Origin: Ascidiella aspersa
Lineage: Eukaryota
Direction of reading: 5' to 3'
Assembly: GCA_963924565.1 (NCBI GenBank)
Contig: OZ004607.1
Location: 15,500,001-15,564,000 of the forward strand
DNA length: 64,000 nucleotides
This document shows, piece after piece, positions 51,101-63,565 of the stretch (position 1 is its first letter; every line of letters begins with the position of its first letter). A program made the translations under genes and the position numbers. The notes below the pieces were generated by a model. The model was not told where the DNA came from. It was given only the letters and a program-made list of their open reading frames with translations, and ran no database searches.

Positions 51101-54100
51101 AAACATCATTTAAAACTGTCATCTTGCTGATTATAGCAAGTAAAATATCTGTGAAGTATAGTTTTCACACAACAATGCAGGAACATAACAAAGCAACATA
51201 GCCGGCGTCAATTAAAAATGTTTTAAAGAGCTTTAAGATGTAAGCTAAACTACCTTAATCAAATTAAAATGCACTTCTTAAAATCTGACAAAAAATACAA
51301 TACCATTAGGCATTTTATAATTAAAAGAAAAACCATACCACCCTCTGCATAATGTAACAGGATATTTACTTGCCCTTTAGGTGCCATTGGGCTCGGAAAG
51401 TCATATTATACATGATAGATCTATACCATATGTATTTAGAAAAAAAAACTCTGTTACAATTTTTAATTTAAAATTTTTAAATAACTTAAATATACTACTA
51501 TATTTAGTACCTTGGCTGTATTGAAGTGCGTCAAAGTATGAGGACATTGGATTTTGATATGAGAACGCTAGCAACAAAGTAAGTTTGTTAGTTTTTTTAG
51601 TTATACTTTAATACATATAGCTTATAAACTGTAACATAATAATATGTCTTTTGGTATGCGGAATGTTGGATTCTTTTTTAGTATTAAGAAAACTCATCTT
51701 GATAGTAGTTTGTTACCAGGTATTTTCAATTTTGCCAGTTGCATGTGATAGTTACAAAGATTTAGAAAAGAAATGCTAGTTAAGTGTAATCCCAAAATGT
51801 CTAACCAGTTACACTTAAAGTATTGTTATTTCACACCTCAAAATACAGTTGTTTATCATGACTACTATATTTCCTAGGGAAGCTATCTGGCGTGTTTTAG
51901 CTGCTTCTGGGGTAAACCCACTTCCACCAGCGGTTTCCAGAAGAAAAAAGCCCCCTAAAGATGTTACCCGAATTCTTGGAGACCGACCAAACCTACAGTT
52001 TTCCCAGGCCATAATCAATCTAACAATTTCAACAGCAAGCCTTACATTGGTTGTAACCAACACAGGACAGGTATTGACATTAACATTAAGATACAACAAA
52101 CAAAACTTAGTTTAAAAAAAATAAATCTTAAAGCCAAATAGGTGAAGTACATCTTTATCTTATTTAAAAAGACGTTTTGATATGCACTTGTGACATTATC
52201 AGTTAATCACAATTGCGTAGTGAAACATCTTGATTACAAATGGGAAATGGTGTTAATTTACTTGACCTATTTGGTTTTGACATTTCTTTACTGTAGCAAA
52301 AATTTTATTTCGGTTTCAGTTTATTGCCAACCATCAAATGCAATCAATTTCATTTGCATCGGGAGGTGACCCAGACACGATTGATTACGTGGCTTATGTT
52401 GCAAAGGATCCTATTAATAACAGAGGTAATGCATTTTAACCATTGCACAGTACTTTCACATAAATCTGCTTTATTACCTATTATACTGGGGAACACAATT
52501 TTGGTTGACTGCGATCTAACAATTGTTTTTGACTAACTTTTGGGCGCTGCAAAAAAAAATGACATCAGTTTTTGTCTATCTCATCAAGTTTTTGAGCTAG
52601 GCACCCACCATTTTTTTGAGAACCCATGAAAAGTGCAACATTTAAGACATCTGCGTTTATTGTATAAAACGCTTTAAAAACTACAAGCAACCAAAAGTAA
52701 CTCAATTGTTTTCAAATAAAAATTTGTACAGCTTTATTCTGTTCCTTTAACGGATATTGCTTCTGCAGGACAAATAAAGTGCGAGTTTTAGGGCAAACAA
52801 TTGACGCTTGTAGGAGTAGCTTTTCCTGTCATGTTTAAGCTGTTGGCAGTCTCACTTAATATTCCAGCAATAGTCAGCCAGCATATGTAAGTCCCTATTT
52901 CCCTGATCTTTCTCCTTGCTCATCGCTGAAAGCACCAAGGTTTTCCGGAAAAGCAAGATGGCTATGCAACAAAATGCTTCTTGATACTCATGTTGCAGCC
53001 GAGTTCTTTATAACTTCCCAATAGCTTCTGAACAATTTTGACATAATTCTCTATCCTTGTATTCCCAAGAAATCCCTTGATGATGTTTTTTAATGATAAC
53101 CGCGTATTTTCTTCCAATTCGTTCATCTTTGATGAGATGCCGAGTTAGTCGACCATCAAATACACCAGCCCTAAGTTTTTGTATTGACAGGCCAGGAAAA
53201 GCCAAAACGAGGTAATTGAAACAGTTGCTTTCAGTTGACAATACTTTTGCTTCATCAAATTGCTTCATTAGGCCGAGCTTTATGTGCATCTCTGTTAGCA
53301 AGTGGCTCATGTAAAAAACATAGACAAATATTAGGGATACTTTGTGTATCCATGTTGCTCACCAAGAAGAAAACATACCATTTTAAGGTTAACACATATG
53401 ATCCAATTGCACTTGTGATGTTGGAACAATTCGATGACTCTTTTTATGTTTCAGGATTCTTCACAAAGACTAACTGAATGTACATTTTAATTAGCTCATA
53501 CGCTTTGATTTTATTGTTTATATTTGGTAAGGCTTCTCTGCTTTCTGTTCTCAATTCCATATGGATATATTTCTTAAATCTTTTAAATTTTATGAAACTA
53601 CAGCGAGGCAACACATGATTTGAGTCAGCGTAGTTAGCAAGCTTTTTAAACCTATATCGACCTAAATCGATGCCTGTGCGTTTTTCCCTTAATTATTATT
53701 CAGTTAAACCTTGTTGTATATGACTTACTATATGATTACTTTCTGCATTCCTATTACGTATGGAAAAGCAATACGGCTGAATTCGTGAAAAGTAGCATAT
53801 TTTTGATGTATGCCATAGAGCAAAAACTTGACGTGATAGAAGAAAACTGGCGGCATTTTTGAAATCAGCACACCGGAATTACCTTAAATCAAGTGCAAAA
53901 TTCAAGTCAACAATTTTTTTTTGCAAAATTGTTTCCCAGTGTTATTTAAAGATGGTATACATGGATATTAAGTTTGTTTTTTTCAGCTTGCCATGTTTTG
54001 AAGTGTGTTGATGGTCTTGCCCAAGACGTTATAAACACTGTTGGCCAAGCGTTTGAACTTCGATTTAAAGAGTATTTAAAGAATCCACCTAAAGCTGTCA

Positions 54101-57100
54101 CTCCTCCAGATCGAACTGAGCCTTTATTTCATGATGGAAAATCGAGGTAACAGAATGTGTTAACTTCTTCTTGCTGTAAATAAGTGTACAATCATTACTT
54201 TAAACTGATTGTGTGGCCTTCTACATACTTAAAAATGAAAGAAAATGAAAATTCCTTTCTATTGCAATGCAAATTTTTCAGATGGGGTGATGATGAACCG
54301 GAGTACTACAATGAAATTCCTGGTAAACTTGCACCTGAATCTGGTTTAAAACGTTTAGATGATGATGTAACCTCTCCACATCCGTCAACCTCATCTCGTT
54401 CTCAGGAATATATAAACAATGGAGTCCAGGTAAAACTTGTGGTTTTACTTTTACATTTTTGTTCAACTTTCTAAAATTTACTTTTGTTGTTATATTTTAT
54501 GACCAGGTAGTTATTGACAACATTACAACTACATTTAGTTGTATGTACGACAACTACTTATTTTTTATATGTTATGTACACTGGAAATAGATGTTTTTTT
54601 CGTTTTTTTATAGCGTTCTGCTAAAGAAAGTAATCCAATATACATAGTAACATAGGCACAATATTTTTGAGAATATTTCTCTCACTATACACTTCCCTAG
54701 TCTAAAAAGCTTGCCTTTTAAAAAAAAAATAATTTTTTTACAGTTAATGGTGTTGTATCATTTGATAACATATTATTCCAATCAGATGCTGCTTATTTGA
54801 TTAATCTTAGTGTCCTGGTTTTTATCTACATTTTTAAATAAAGTTTTTACAATGGCCTTAATGGGTGTGGGTGGTTCAAAGCTTTTTAAGTAAAATACAA
54901 TTTTACTTTAGATATAGGGCTTGTCAGTAATTTTGGTTTTGTTTTACCATATTGAAACATTACATTTTTAAGGCTGAAAGCTGTTCTTCACCTCCTGTTT
55001 CCACCCCAAATCCAACCCCTACCCCACGACGAAATGTTAGAAACTTTGAAGATCACAACTACGTCAACACCAGCTTGAAACCGTATGAGGTTTGCAAAGC
55101 GGCAACTTTCGTTTTTAGTTAGGCCGAAGAGCAAATTATTATTTACACGTTTAGCAGTGCACGTTGTACAGTAATAACAAGATATAGCCTGGAGACGTGC
55201 GCAACCTTTGCCGCATCGTTGTGATGGCTAACAGCCGCCTTTTGTGCTTATAAAACTTCTGGGAGCACATCTATATACCGCTACATACCGTGCGTTTCTT
55301 GCTACAGATACCCGGAAACGCTCGTTTAGCCCAGCAAGCTTCGACCTCGCACGCAAAGCAATCGGACAGAAATTTAATCGAACTTTCCACTCCACCCATG
55401 TCGCCAAACAAACGTGAGTTTGCTGATGTTGTGTGGTTCAACTTGACATGGGTATTGGTTATTTGTCAGAGCGGTTGACTCGTTACGTATTTAATTATTG
55501 TCATTTCCAAACATGCGTAAATGTAGTGTTGTTTGATGAACTTGAACATTTTGTTTTTCAACTGTGGAATACTCGCGATAGTAGTTGAAACCTTCGTTAG
55601 TATTTGTTGGCGCATGCCGAAACTATCCATTCCAGTAAAATTTTGATGTTCGTGTTGCTTAAACACAAAACTAATGCAAAAAACACAATCCACTCCTGAG
55701 TTGTAGTTTATTTTAGAAAGTACAAGCGAACACCCAGAAAAAATACAACAGAAAAGCTTAACAAATAAAAAAAAGCCCGAGCTACTAAAAAAATTAAAAA
55801 GCTATGTTCTGAGTACTTAAATATTCTGTTAATGCAAACTTTGCAATTCCCTGTTTTTTGTATTTGGTGCTTGCAACCTAGGCCTTCTCTCCCGACTAAC
55901 GAAACTACTTTTTGCTAGCACAGCATGTCAATTTATTTTGATTATATATTCTCTCGTTGTTGTGCGTCAACGTAACTGTTGTGGCCAAGCGACATTTCTA
56001 AGGTATTCTACCGTGTCGTTTAATAGAGGTTGTATAGCGTAGTTTTAACCTAACGACTTGAATCTCATATACATGCAGTCTTTTCGTGATAGATGTGAAT
56101 GCAGGTGTCGGTGGAGCACTTGCGATTGCTGCTGCGATAGGAGTTACTCGCGATGAACGGCCAAACGAGCAGCTCCAGCAGAAGAGACCTTCCGTGGACG
56201 CCTTCGATATGCGTAAGGCTCATACTGTAGTACTAGTATTTATCAATATTAACTAAGGTTACCGATGAATATTCTGCATTCAACATCGTATGTTCGTGAT
56301 GTGAATCATTCCCTGGATGCGCTTTTGTACGCCTACATTTACGTCAAACTTCGTTGATTACTTTGATTTGACTCATTGTTCATGTAATTAAAGACCGCTA
56401 CGTTTCTAGATCGCTTAAATATGTTCTCCTAATCCAGTGGTTCCCAAACTTTTTTATTCCGTGGCCCAAATTTGGTTCGTAAAACAGTTCGCGGCCCACC
56501 ATGTGCCGTAAATCTTTTCTTGTACGACATTTAGCCAATTGACCAAATAAGACTTATCGCCCTGGCTAATACATAAAGCGAACTTTTACCTAACAGTAAC
56601 TGAATAATCCTTTTTCAGTTTTAAATGAAATTGAATATCTTTTTTAACAGACTGAATTTCAAAAGTGCACTGTCGTGTTAATTGCGTAGAGAAAAAAACA
56701 TAAGTAAGTCTATCTACCCACTGATCGAGGCGTCAACGTATTTCATAAAAAAAGTTTTTGAAAACGCGATAATGTGAGTTGTCGAAACTTTTTTCATTGG
56801 TAGTTGTAGGGTAAGATTCAAATTATATGGTTGCAATATTTAGGAAAATAGCTCTATGGCCCACTGGAAATGATCTCGTGGCCCACTACTGGGCCATGGC
56901 CCACAGTTTGGGAACCATTGTCCTAATCATAGAACTTAACATGTATGGTCGAAATGTGTTGTAGCGAGGTGGTCATTATTTTGTCCAAACTCCTAATAAG
57001 ACACCTGCTAAATCTCTGTGTAACAATGAAAATCGCAATATATCCCACTGGGTGACATATGAAAACTACTACTAAACACCAGTTAAGGCAAGGGTCGACA

Positions 57101-59884
57101 ACCTAGGGCCCGCGGGTGCGGCCCGCCAATGTGGCCCGCCAATGTAATTTATCCGGCCCGCCGGCTCTTTGACAAACTAGACACGAGTCCATTTCAAATA
57201 CTTTTTGACTTTTTAACTACGTAAGTACGAATAATTTTCGCGCTTCGCGCGAATGTATTTTCTACATCCGCTTGCTTACGTTTGGATGGATGCTGTCTTT
57301 TAAACTAGACCAGCGCTCTTTACCGTTGCGCCGTGCAAGGCTGCCAAGTGCGTCGCGTACAAACGAAAAACGTATTCAAAAATATTGGACATATATTTTT
57401 TAACATTCTTTGATGTTTTTATTTTAGGCTATGTAATAAAAACAAAGAAACTTAAAATAAATGTCGGCATACCAAAAAAAATCGCGCTCGTTTCGCTCGC
57501 CATTTTCGCCCGGACTCTAAAGGTTTACAAACAATGAACTAGATTAATTACATTGAAGTTTTTCCTCTAAGTACTTTTATTACACTTTTCATTAGTAGTA
57601 TGGATGGCGACGTGTGGACTCGAATTTTAAACCAAGCAAACGCTTTTTTTCGCGTTATGCGCCATCACTTTACTGCCTCCTTAATGTATTTAAACACTTT
57701 TTAAGTGCAAAAAGAGATCCGAGGCCCGCCTGATTCACAGTTGTTCTAACATTTTAATATCACAATTCTTATTTAACATTTTGTGCGGCCCACAGAGACC
57801 TTTCTGGGTTTGGTTTTTAGCCCGCGACTAGAAAAGGGTTGCCGACCCCTAGTATAGAAGATCATGATTTCAATGTGTACCATTTTAAGGACCCTTTGCC
57901 AACTCACTGCACCCACCCGCCACCCCCGGCACCCTGGCCAGCAACGCTCTTCAGGGTGAGCCTTGGTTTCATGGCAACGTAACGCGAAAGGAGGCCGAAA
58001 AGTTACTCACATGTGACGGCGACTTCCTGGTTCGAGAGTCGAACACCACCAAGGGCCAGTTTGTGTTGAGCGGTGTGCAAGACGGCCAGTTCAAGCACCT
58101 GCTACTGGTCGACCCCAATGGCGTTGTGAGTATGCCTCTCACGCTTTGATCAAAACATGAATCGTTAACGGTAGCCGTGTTGTAACCAAAGTATAAATTT
58201 CTACTTGGACCTGATGAAGCACGGTTGTGCGAAAGCCTGGCAAGATTTTCAATATACCTTTTTATACAGTGTCACCTGATTACCCTATTTAAAATTAGAC
58301 AAATACATTTAATTATCTGTAAATTACTGAAGTTCACTAAATTGTTTCAGTTGCCCAAGTCAAGTCCCAGTTAAAGCCATTTTCGCAGCAAATCAGGTCG
58401 TGATATTACATCAAAATCAATTATAAGTGCCAAGCAAGCATCATTAAAAACATTTAGCAAGTTAACTTTTTTGCATGTTAAAATGGAGGCAAACCAAAAA
58501 AGTTTTTTATTTAAATAAAGCACTTAAGTTAAAGTCAGATCAAGCCATTTGCAATCATTGACTTTGACTTAAGTTCGACGCAATTTATGCGTTATATAAA
58601 AACTCTTTTCTGAAAACTGGCTACACTTAACATTTTTTATGCGGACTGTGATCCTAATGAATGGTCTTGCTAAACTATTAAGACGGTGTGGTTATTATAT
58701 TATATATATTTTTACTGGATTTCGTGCGTCTATAGTAACGTAAGGAAAACCAGCCTATAACGAGGTAAATTACTTTAACCCCTAGCCTTGTCTTGGTTCA
58801 TTTCTTAGCTGGTGAGCCGTGAAGCTCTGTTTGGTGAATTTTTCTTCAGAATGTTTTAAGCAGTGCTTTAGTGTATCCCGCTGGCCGAGGTAACGTTCTA
58901 TTTATTTCAAAACCGCGATTGCACTTTTTATCAGTTTGTGGTCGGTTTACGGTGGTTCTCAACCGTCGTACCGCGGCACCCCGGGGTGCCATTTCTAATG
59001 CCCAAGGGTGCCGCGAGATTTGGGGAATCTTAAGGAATTTGATTTTTGCTATTGTTGGAAAGCTTTTTGATATACCTCTTTGTGTATGTTTGGAGTATTA
59101 TTATTTTGTATTGTATCAGTTTCGTTGAGTGGTACATTATAGGAAACCACTTAACGAAAATTCCAGAATGATCCCGCAATCTATTTATTTTCTCTCGGCT
59201 GCCGTAGCCATAAAAGGCTGAGACCACTGTTTTTAAGGTTTTAATATATATATATATATATATATGTATGCAGGTTAATAAAACGTTGTAACCTAATTGT
59301 TGAGACCATCTCAATGTTCTAATTAGGTTGAGTCTAATAAAATTTGTTTTACCACTATTGTACATTTTTTGTTTTTCATAGTTAATGGCTAAATTCAGTT
59401 TTATCAATTTAAGGTTTAACCTTATCGATTTTATTTTGCCTATCCACATTTGGGTGTGCTTGTGTTTTAAAGAGTTTTTACGTAAGAGAAAATCTATTTT
59501 GCAAAACTAAGTATTAAGGATTATTGTCGTTGTGTGATTATATATGCTAATGCTATCACGTTGACGTTTGTGGTGAGTTGTCTACAAATGCTTTTCACCT
59601 CCCTAATACGGACGTGTTGCGCCGTGTCAAGTGTGTCAGCTATTAAGGTATTCATATTGCTTTGCAGAATGTGGGACGAAATATCCTTACGTTCTAAAAT
59701 TAGAATAAAATTATCCGAACGTTTTTTGAAATCTTACAATGTTATTTAGGTTCGGACCAAGGATCGCCAGTTCGACAGTGTCGGTCATCTCATTTCCTTT
59801 CATCGTGACAACAACCTCCCAATTGTGTCATCCGGATCATGTCTTCTGCTTCGACAGCCGGTCACCAGGCAAATTGAAAGATGA
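48191..59884 (+). CDS. SHC1: Shc adaptor protein (PTB-CH1-SH2), about 511 aa, 11 coding exons
   Basis: Exons 48191-48334, 51508-51578, 51878-52070, 52320-52425, 53987-54146, 54282-54429, 54973-55089, 55308-55413, 56093(or 56105)-56212, 57890-58125, 59750-59884, all GT-AG and in phase. Diagnostic peptides: [123 protein letters not shown]. Probably a single co-ortholog of vertebrate SHC1-4. Confidence 0.96.
48980..49172. repeat. Old palindromic element (about 87-bp arms) in Shc intron 1
   Basis: ATGTAGCCTGATAATGAATTG..GTATC pairs with GATAC..CAATTCATTATCAAGCAACAT; a related palindrome lies at 52130-52279. Confidence 0.75.
49387..50216. mobile_element. 830-bp fold-back MITE (hATm-like termini) in Shc intron 1
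   Basis: Arms 49387-49734 and 49870-50216 are about 95% reverse-complementary; termini TAGGGTGG / CCACCCTA; perfect TSD TTGTATAT. Confidence 0.93.
50263..50592 (-). mobile_element. GG..CC family, truncated copy
   Basis: Begins GGACTTCAGCCATAAGA, the reverse complement of the family 3' end. Confidence 0.72.
52484..53941 (-). mobile_element. Internally deleted Chapaev3-type (CMC) DNA transposon filling Shc intron 4
   Basis: Termini TACTGGGGAACA / TGTTTCCCAGTG with 3-bp TTA duplication, plus transposase remnants on the minus strand. Confidence 0.82.
52862..53310 (-). pseudogene. Frameshifted Chapaev3-like transposase fragment
   Basis: [69 protein letters not shown], with frameshifts and deletions. 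Confidence 0.85.
56435..56920. mobile_element. Buster-type hAT MITE in Shc intron 9
   Basis: TIR CAGTGGTTCCCAAACT / AGTTTGGGAACCATTG, perfect TSD TCCTAATC. Confidence 0.92.
57089..57851. mobile_element. hAT MITE in Shc intron 9
   Basis: Ends CAAGGGTCGACAACC / GGTTGCCGACCCCTA, GGCCCGC repeats; family shared with 32436 and 37926. Confidence 0.85.
58950..59229. mobile_element. Degenerate hAT MITE in Shc intron 10
   Basis: Ends CGGTGGTTCTCAACC / GGCTGAGACCACTG, with GTGCCGCG-type subterminal motifs. Confidence 0.65.
59244..59265. repeat. (AT)11 microsatellite
   Basis: Perfect AT run. Confidence 0.9.
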
Positions 59885-61465
59885 GTTATTAAACAAAACT
59901 TTCCTCTAGTCTTTCCATCAAATTTATTTTTGTGTTCCATCTCGTGTCAGCATTTATTTCGCGATTAAGGAGGCTTTATCATACTCTTCCTTTCAAACAC
60001 GTTTCACCAATATGTGATATTGGTGCACGTCCGATGAGATTTTTAATTTTGTTTGTTTCATCACCGGCGGTGTACTACTTTCTATTTTCGAGCATTTGTT
60101 ATATTCAACGAAACCGCGAAAAGATCTTAAATTTATATAAAAAATACATTATTTAACAATCCTTTGCATCAAGGACTTTGCTACCTTCGAACTGTTTCAC
60201 GTTGTTGACAGTAACTAACCACTTAATATTTCGCGCTTTGCTGAGAAATGCTGGTTCTTATATTCGCTTTTGTATTTCTCTATTGACTTCCGACCTGTTG
60301 TGCTTATGTTAAGTGTTATATTTGCTTCTTAATGAGCAGTTATCATTTGCCTTTTGCTTGTTTTTTCGATTTTCTCCCTTTGTAAATAAATTATTATTTT
60401 TAAAAGGGCTTAACTATTCTTGTTAAGATCTTCGTTCAGTTTTAAAATTTTATTACCAACTTTTCGGTTTTTAATATTTTATTTAGCAAAAGCGTAGTTT
60501 AACAGCGCTAGCTGCTACATTCAACTTTGTTTTGGTTATACTCTCTTCAGCTGTGTTCATTTGCCCCTTTTCCCTTCGATTAACACAAATCAGTTGCAGT
60601 TGTATAAATCTTGTTTTACACACGTTTATACAGTTGGTGTTTCACACGTGATCGAGTCTTAAAAATGTTTAAACCCACACAAGAACCCGGCTTGAACAGT
60701 ATCTTGTTCAATGTTTTTTGTCGTGCATTTAAAAAAATAGTGTTGTTTAATCATGGCTTCCAGTAAAATGTGGAGTCTGTTGGTGCTACGTTAACTATAT
60801 GTACAGTCAAAGCCAATTACTGGGGATGCTGTTTCCATAGTAAAGTAAAATGAAAGTTATAGCTTTAAAAAAAACTTTTCCTAAAATTCTGATGAATTTA
60901 TTCTTTATTAAGCAGTTGGCAAAAGACGTTCAAGACGACACGTTTTGGGTGACTTTGCTTATGCTATGTTATATTTTTGTTTTGTTTTCGTGTTGTTCAT
61001 CCTCTCATTTGCAATGCTCGATGATACAACAATTAGTTTACTTTACAGAGGTATTGTTATTGAAATATGCACCATTAGTTGGTAAGCGTTTAATGCCATT
61101 TCTCTTGTGTTGGTAAATGTGACACGCACTATTTCCAAGACGTCAATTTTGTGATACTACCAACAATCAGTAAAATTAATTGCACTCTGGTTGAGTCTAA
61201 GATACAGCAAAACTGTAATAGTGCTGGGTTATTTCGCACAGCCTTGTATATACATAAACTGGTTATCGACATAACAAGATCTCAAGCATATAAACGCAAT
61301 CCAATTCATCAAACGTTGTTTCGCCCTGCTAAAAAAATACGCCTATCTTAATTTTTATTAGTATGTCGTATGTTGTCATGCTTGGTCAGCTTGTCTTTTT
61401 CTTGCATTGTTCCTCAACATTTTGTATCAATGTAAATACAGTCAGTTTCGTGCAGGCAGAGTCTT

Positions 61466-61471
61466 AATAAA
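61466..61471 (+). promoter_or_regulatory. Candidate Shc polyadenylation signal (3' UTR about 1.6 kb)
   Basis: AATAAA followed by T/GT-rich sequence, at the end of a T-rich, repeat-free stretch after the stop. Another AATAAA lies near 60385. Confidence 0.4.
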
Positions 61472-61894
61472 AACATTTTTTGCGCTATTAACTCATTTTT
61501 GTGAAATACTGCAAAATTGCGTTTATTTTTAAAAGATAATTGAATCTGAAAATTGAAGTTTAAACTTGCCTTAAGCACAATTTGAGCGTCACTGAACTAC
61601 ATTTGCTTGTTTTTGTAAGGTTTCGATGGATAAACGATGTTTGTTTTGTGCGCTTGCCTGTATTGGTAACGCACTCAACACTTACTTTCACATACGCAAA
61701 AACTTTTATTTAAAAAACTTAGGGGGAGGACTTACATCAACTAATTATTGTTATGAATCCGTTTTTCATATCACTAAAAAGGAAGTTATTCTACTTATAA
61801 CCAAAACCACTTGTGTTGCTTGAAAAATTTGGTCAACCTTATACAGCAAAATAGTAGCCTACATGTTAAAACACTATTCGAAATATATGACTAC

Positions 61895-62319
61895 GGACTA
61901 AAAACTTTAACATCGGGATAAAACAAATTTCGGAATAAGACCAAAACAGGACTAATACCTATTAGTCGTAATGTATAAATCGAAAGAAATCCAAAACCGT
62001 CGGAATAAGACCTAAATGGTAATAATCATAGTCCTATACAACTTTTACCAAACCCCACCCGTAAGTACATCACTAACTTCCCTAATTATTTTAACCGTAA
62101 CCCAATTTCTAAGCCCTACCATTACCCTCCACTATCCTCAAACAACCTGATGCCAATGCAGCGCCGGTGAAACTAGGGCGTGCCAAACGTCAACACCAAA
62201 ACGGCCGATGTCAGACCGACGGCCCCCTACTTTATTTAGGCCTTATACGATAAATTTGGGACCTATTCTGAGATTTTGCTTTAGATATTGTTGCCTACTA
62301 GGTCTTATTGCGCGTTCCC
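61895..62319 (-). mobile_element. GG..CC family copy
   Basis: GGACT..GGTCTTATTGCGCGTTCCC with flanks ATGACTAC/ATTACTAC. Confidence 0.78.
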
Positions 62320-62609
62320 ATTACTACTTCAATTCACGTAGAGCTGTGGAATCAAGACTTTTTGAAATCAAAATCGAGCCGAACTAACCTAGGTAATGCT
62401 GTACGCCTTTATAATAATAGCCAGATTTTTTTCGAATTGACAGTGTTTTTAACTGGAGTTTCGTAAATACGTTACTTTATTGCTCATCGTGCAATCACAC
62501 GCGTTTTATTAGTTATTATTATTTTGTGATGCTGTTTATGTGAAAAGTTTCAAAACGTCCCAAGCGATTCTCCTACTGTTTGTCGCGCATCACAAAAGAT
62601 ATTTCTAAT

Positions 62610-63565
62610 TATGCCTCGGCAACCTTTCGTATACAGTGTGCCAATTTATAAATAATTTCAAAATATTACCAACTCGCGTGCCAAACATTTTTCTATGTTT
62701 AGTTTTGCACTGGCGGAGTCGGTCCGGCCAAATGTGCAATTTCAATGAGTCCCGAGTCCGGATCAGACTCTAGTCTACAGCCTTATTTCACCGATTTGCG
62801 TAACTAAAATAAGATGAATTTTGCAGCAATCCACTCATAAGGTTCATAGAAAATATGCCACCACATGCTATTCCACCTTCCAAATTTACAGTTTGCTGCG
62901 TTATTAGTTTCGAAATTTAGTACTGCGCATGCGCACACGTCGGACTCGGGTAGTTTTACCCAGTCTTACTCGAGCCCCATCCGACTTCTCAGCGCTGCTG
63001 TTATCTGACATCTATTTTACGCATCTTGGGAGTCGCCAACAAACCTAATTTCAGAAGTTAAATTCTGTAAAGATACCCTAACTACTGAAAATAAAACGAA
63101 CTGTCACGAACACATAACTGTGCCCGCTACTTTGGAATATACTACGATTGTTTTCAGTCGATACCGAGGTGTTAACTGTTATTTTCGCTTGGTTTCTTAG
63201 TCGCACAAAACACACGTGCTTACTTTTAATGTAGAATACCCTGCCTTAGCGCAGTAAACATCACGCAAATTTTAGGGCATTGTAACGTAATACGAATGGT
63301 TAGTCGTAAACAACAAGTTTAACGCCCACAAATATAAGTTAATAACAGTTGAGACGCTAAATTGTGACAGGAACGCTGCAGATCAAACTGGAATTGTGTG
63401 CAACCATTTATTTCGCGCAAGTGTTAGTGATGCGATAGTGATGGTGTAATGGCTGTATTTTTCAATGTGATATAACGTACGTGCGCGTTAAATCATTTGG
63501 CGTGCCCTGAAAAATCATCTTGCGTTCCACTTTTGGCACGCGTGCCAGGGGTTGCCGATCCCTTG
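62610..63565. mobile_element. hAT element with a nested GAGTC/GACTC-repeat element (about 62709-62997)
   Basis: Ends ..CTCGGCAACC / GGTTGCCGATCCCTTG; the TTTGGCACGCGTGCC motif is shared with the right end of 37526-39633. Confidence 0.65.
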
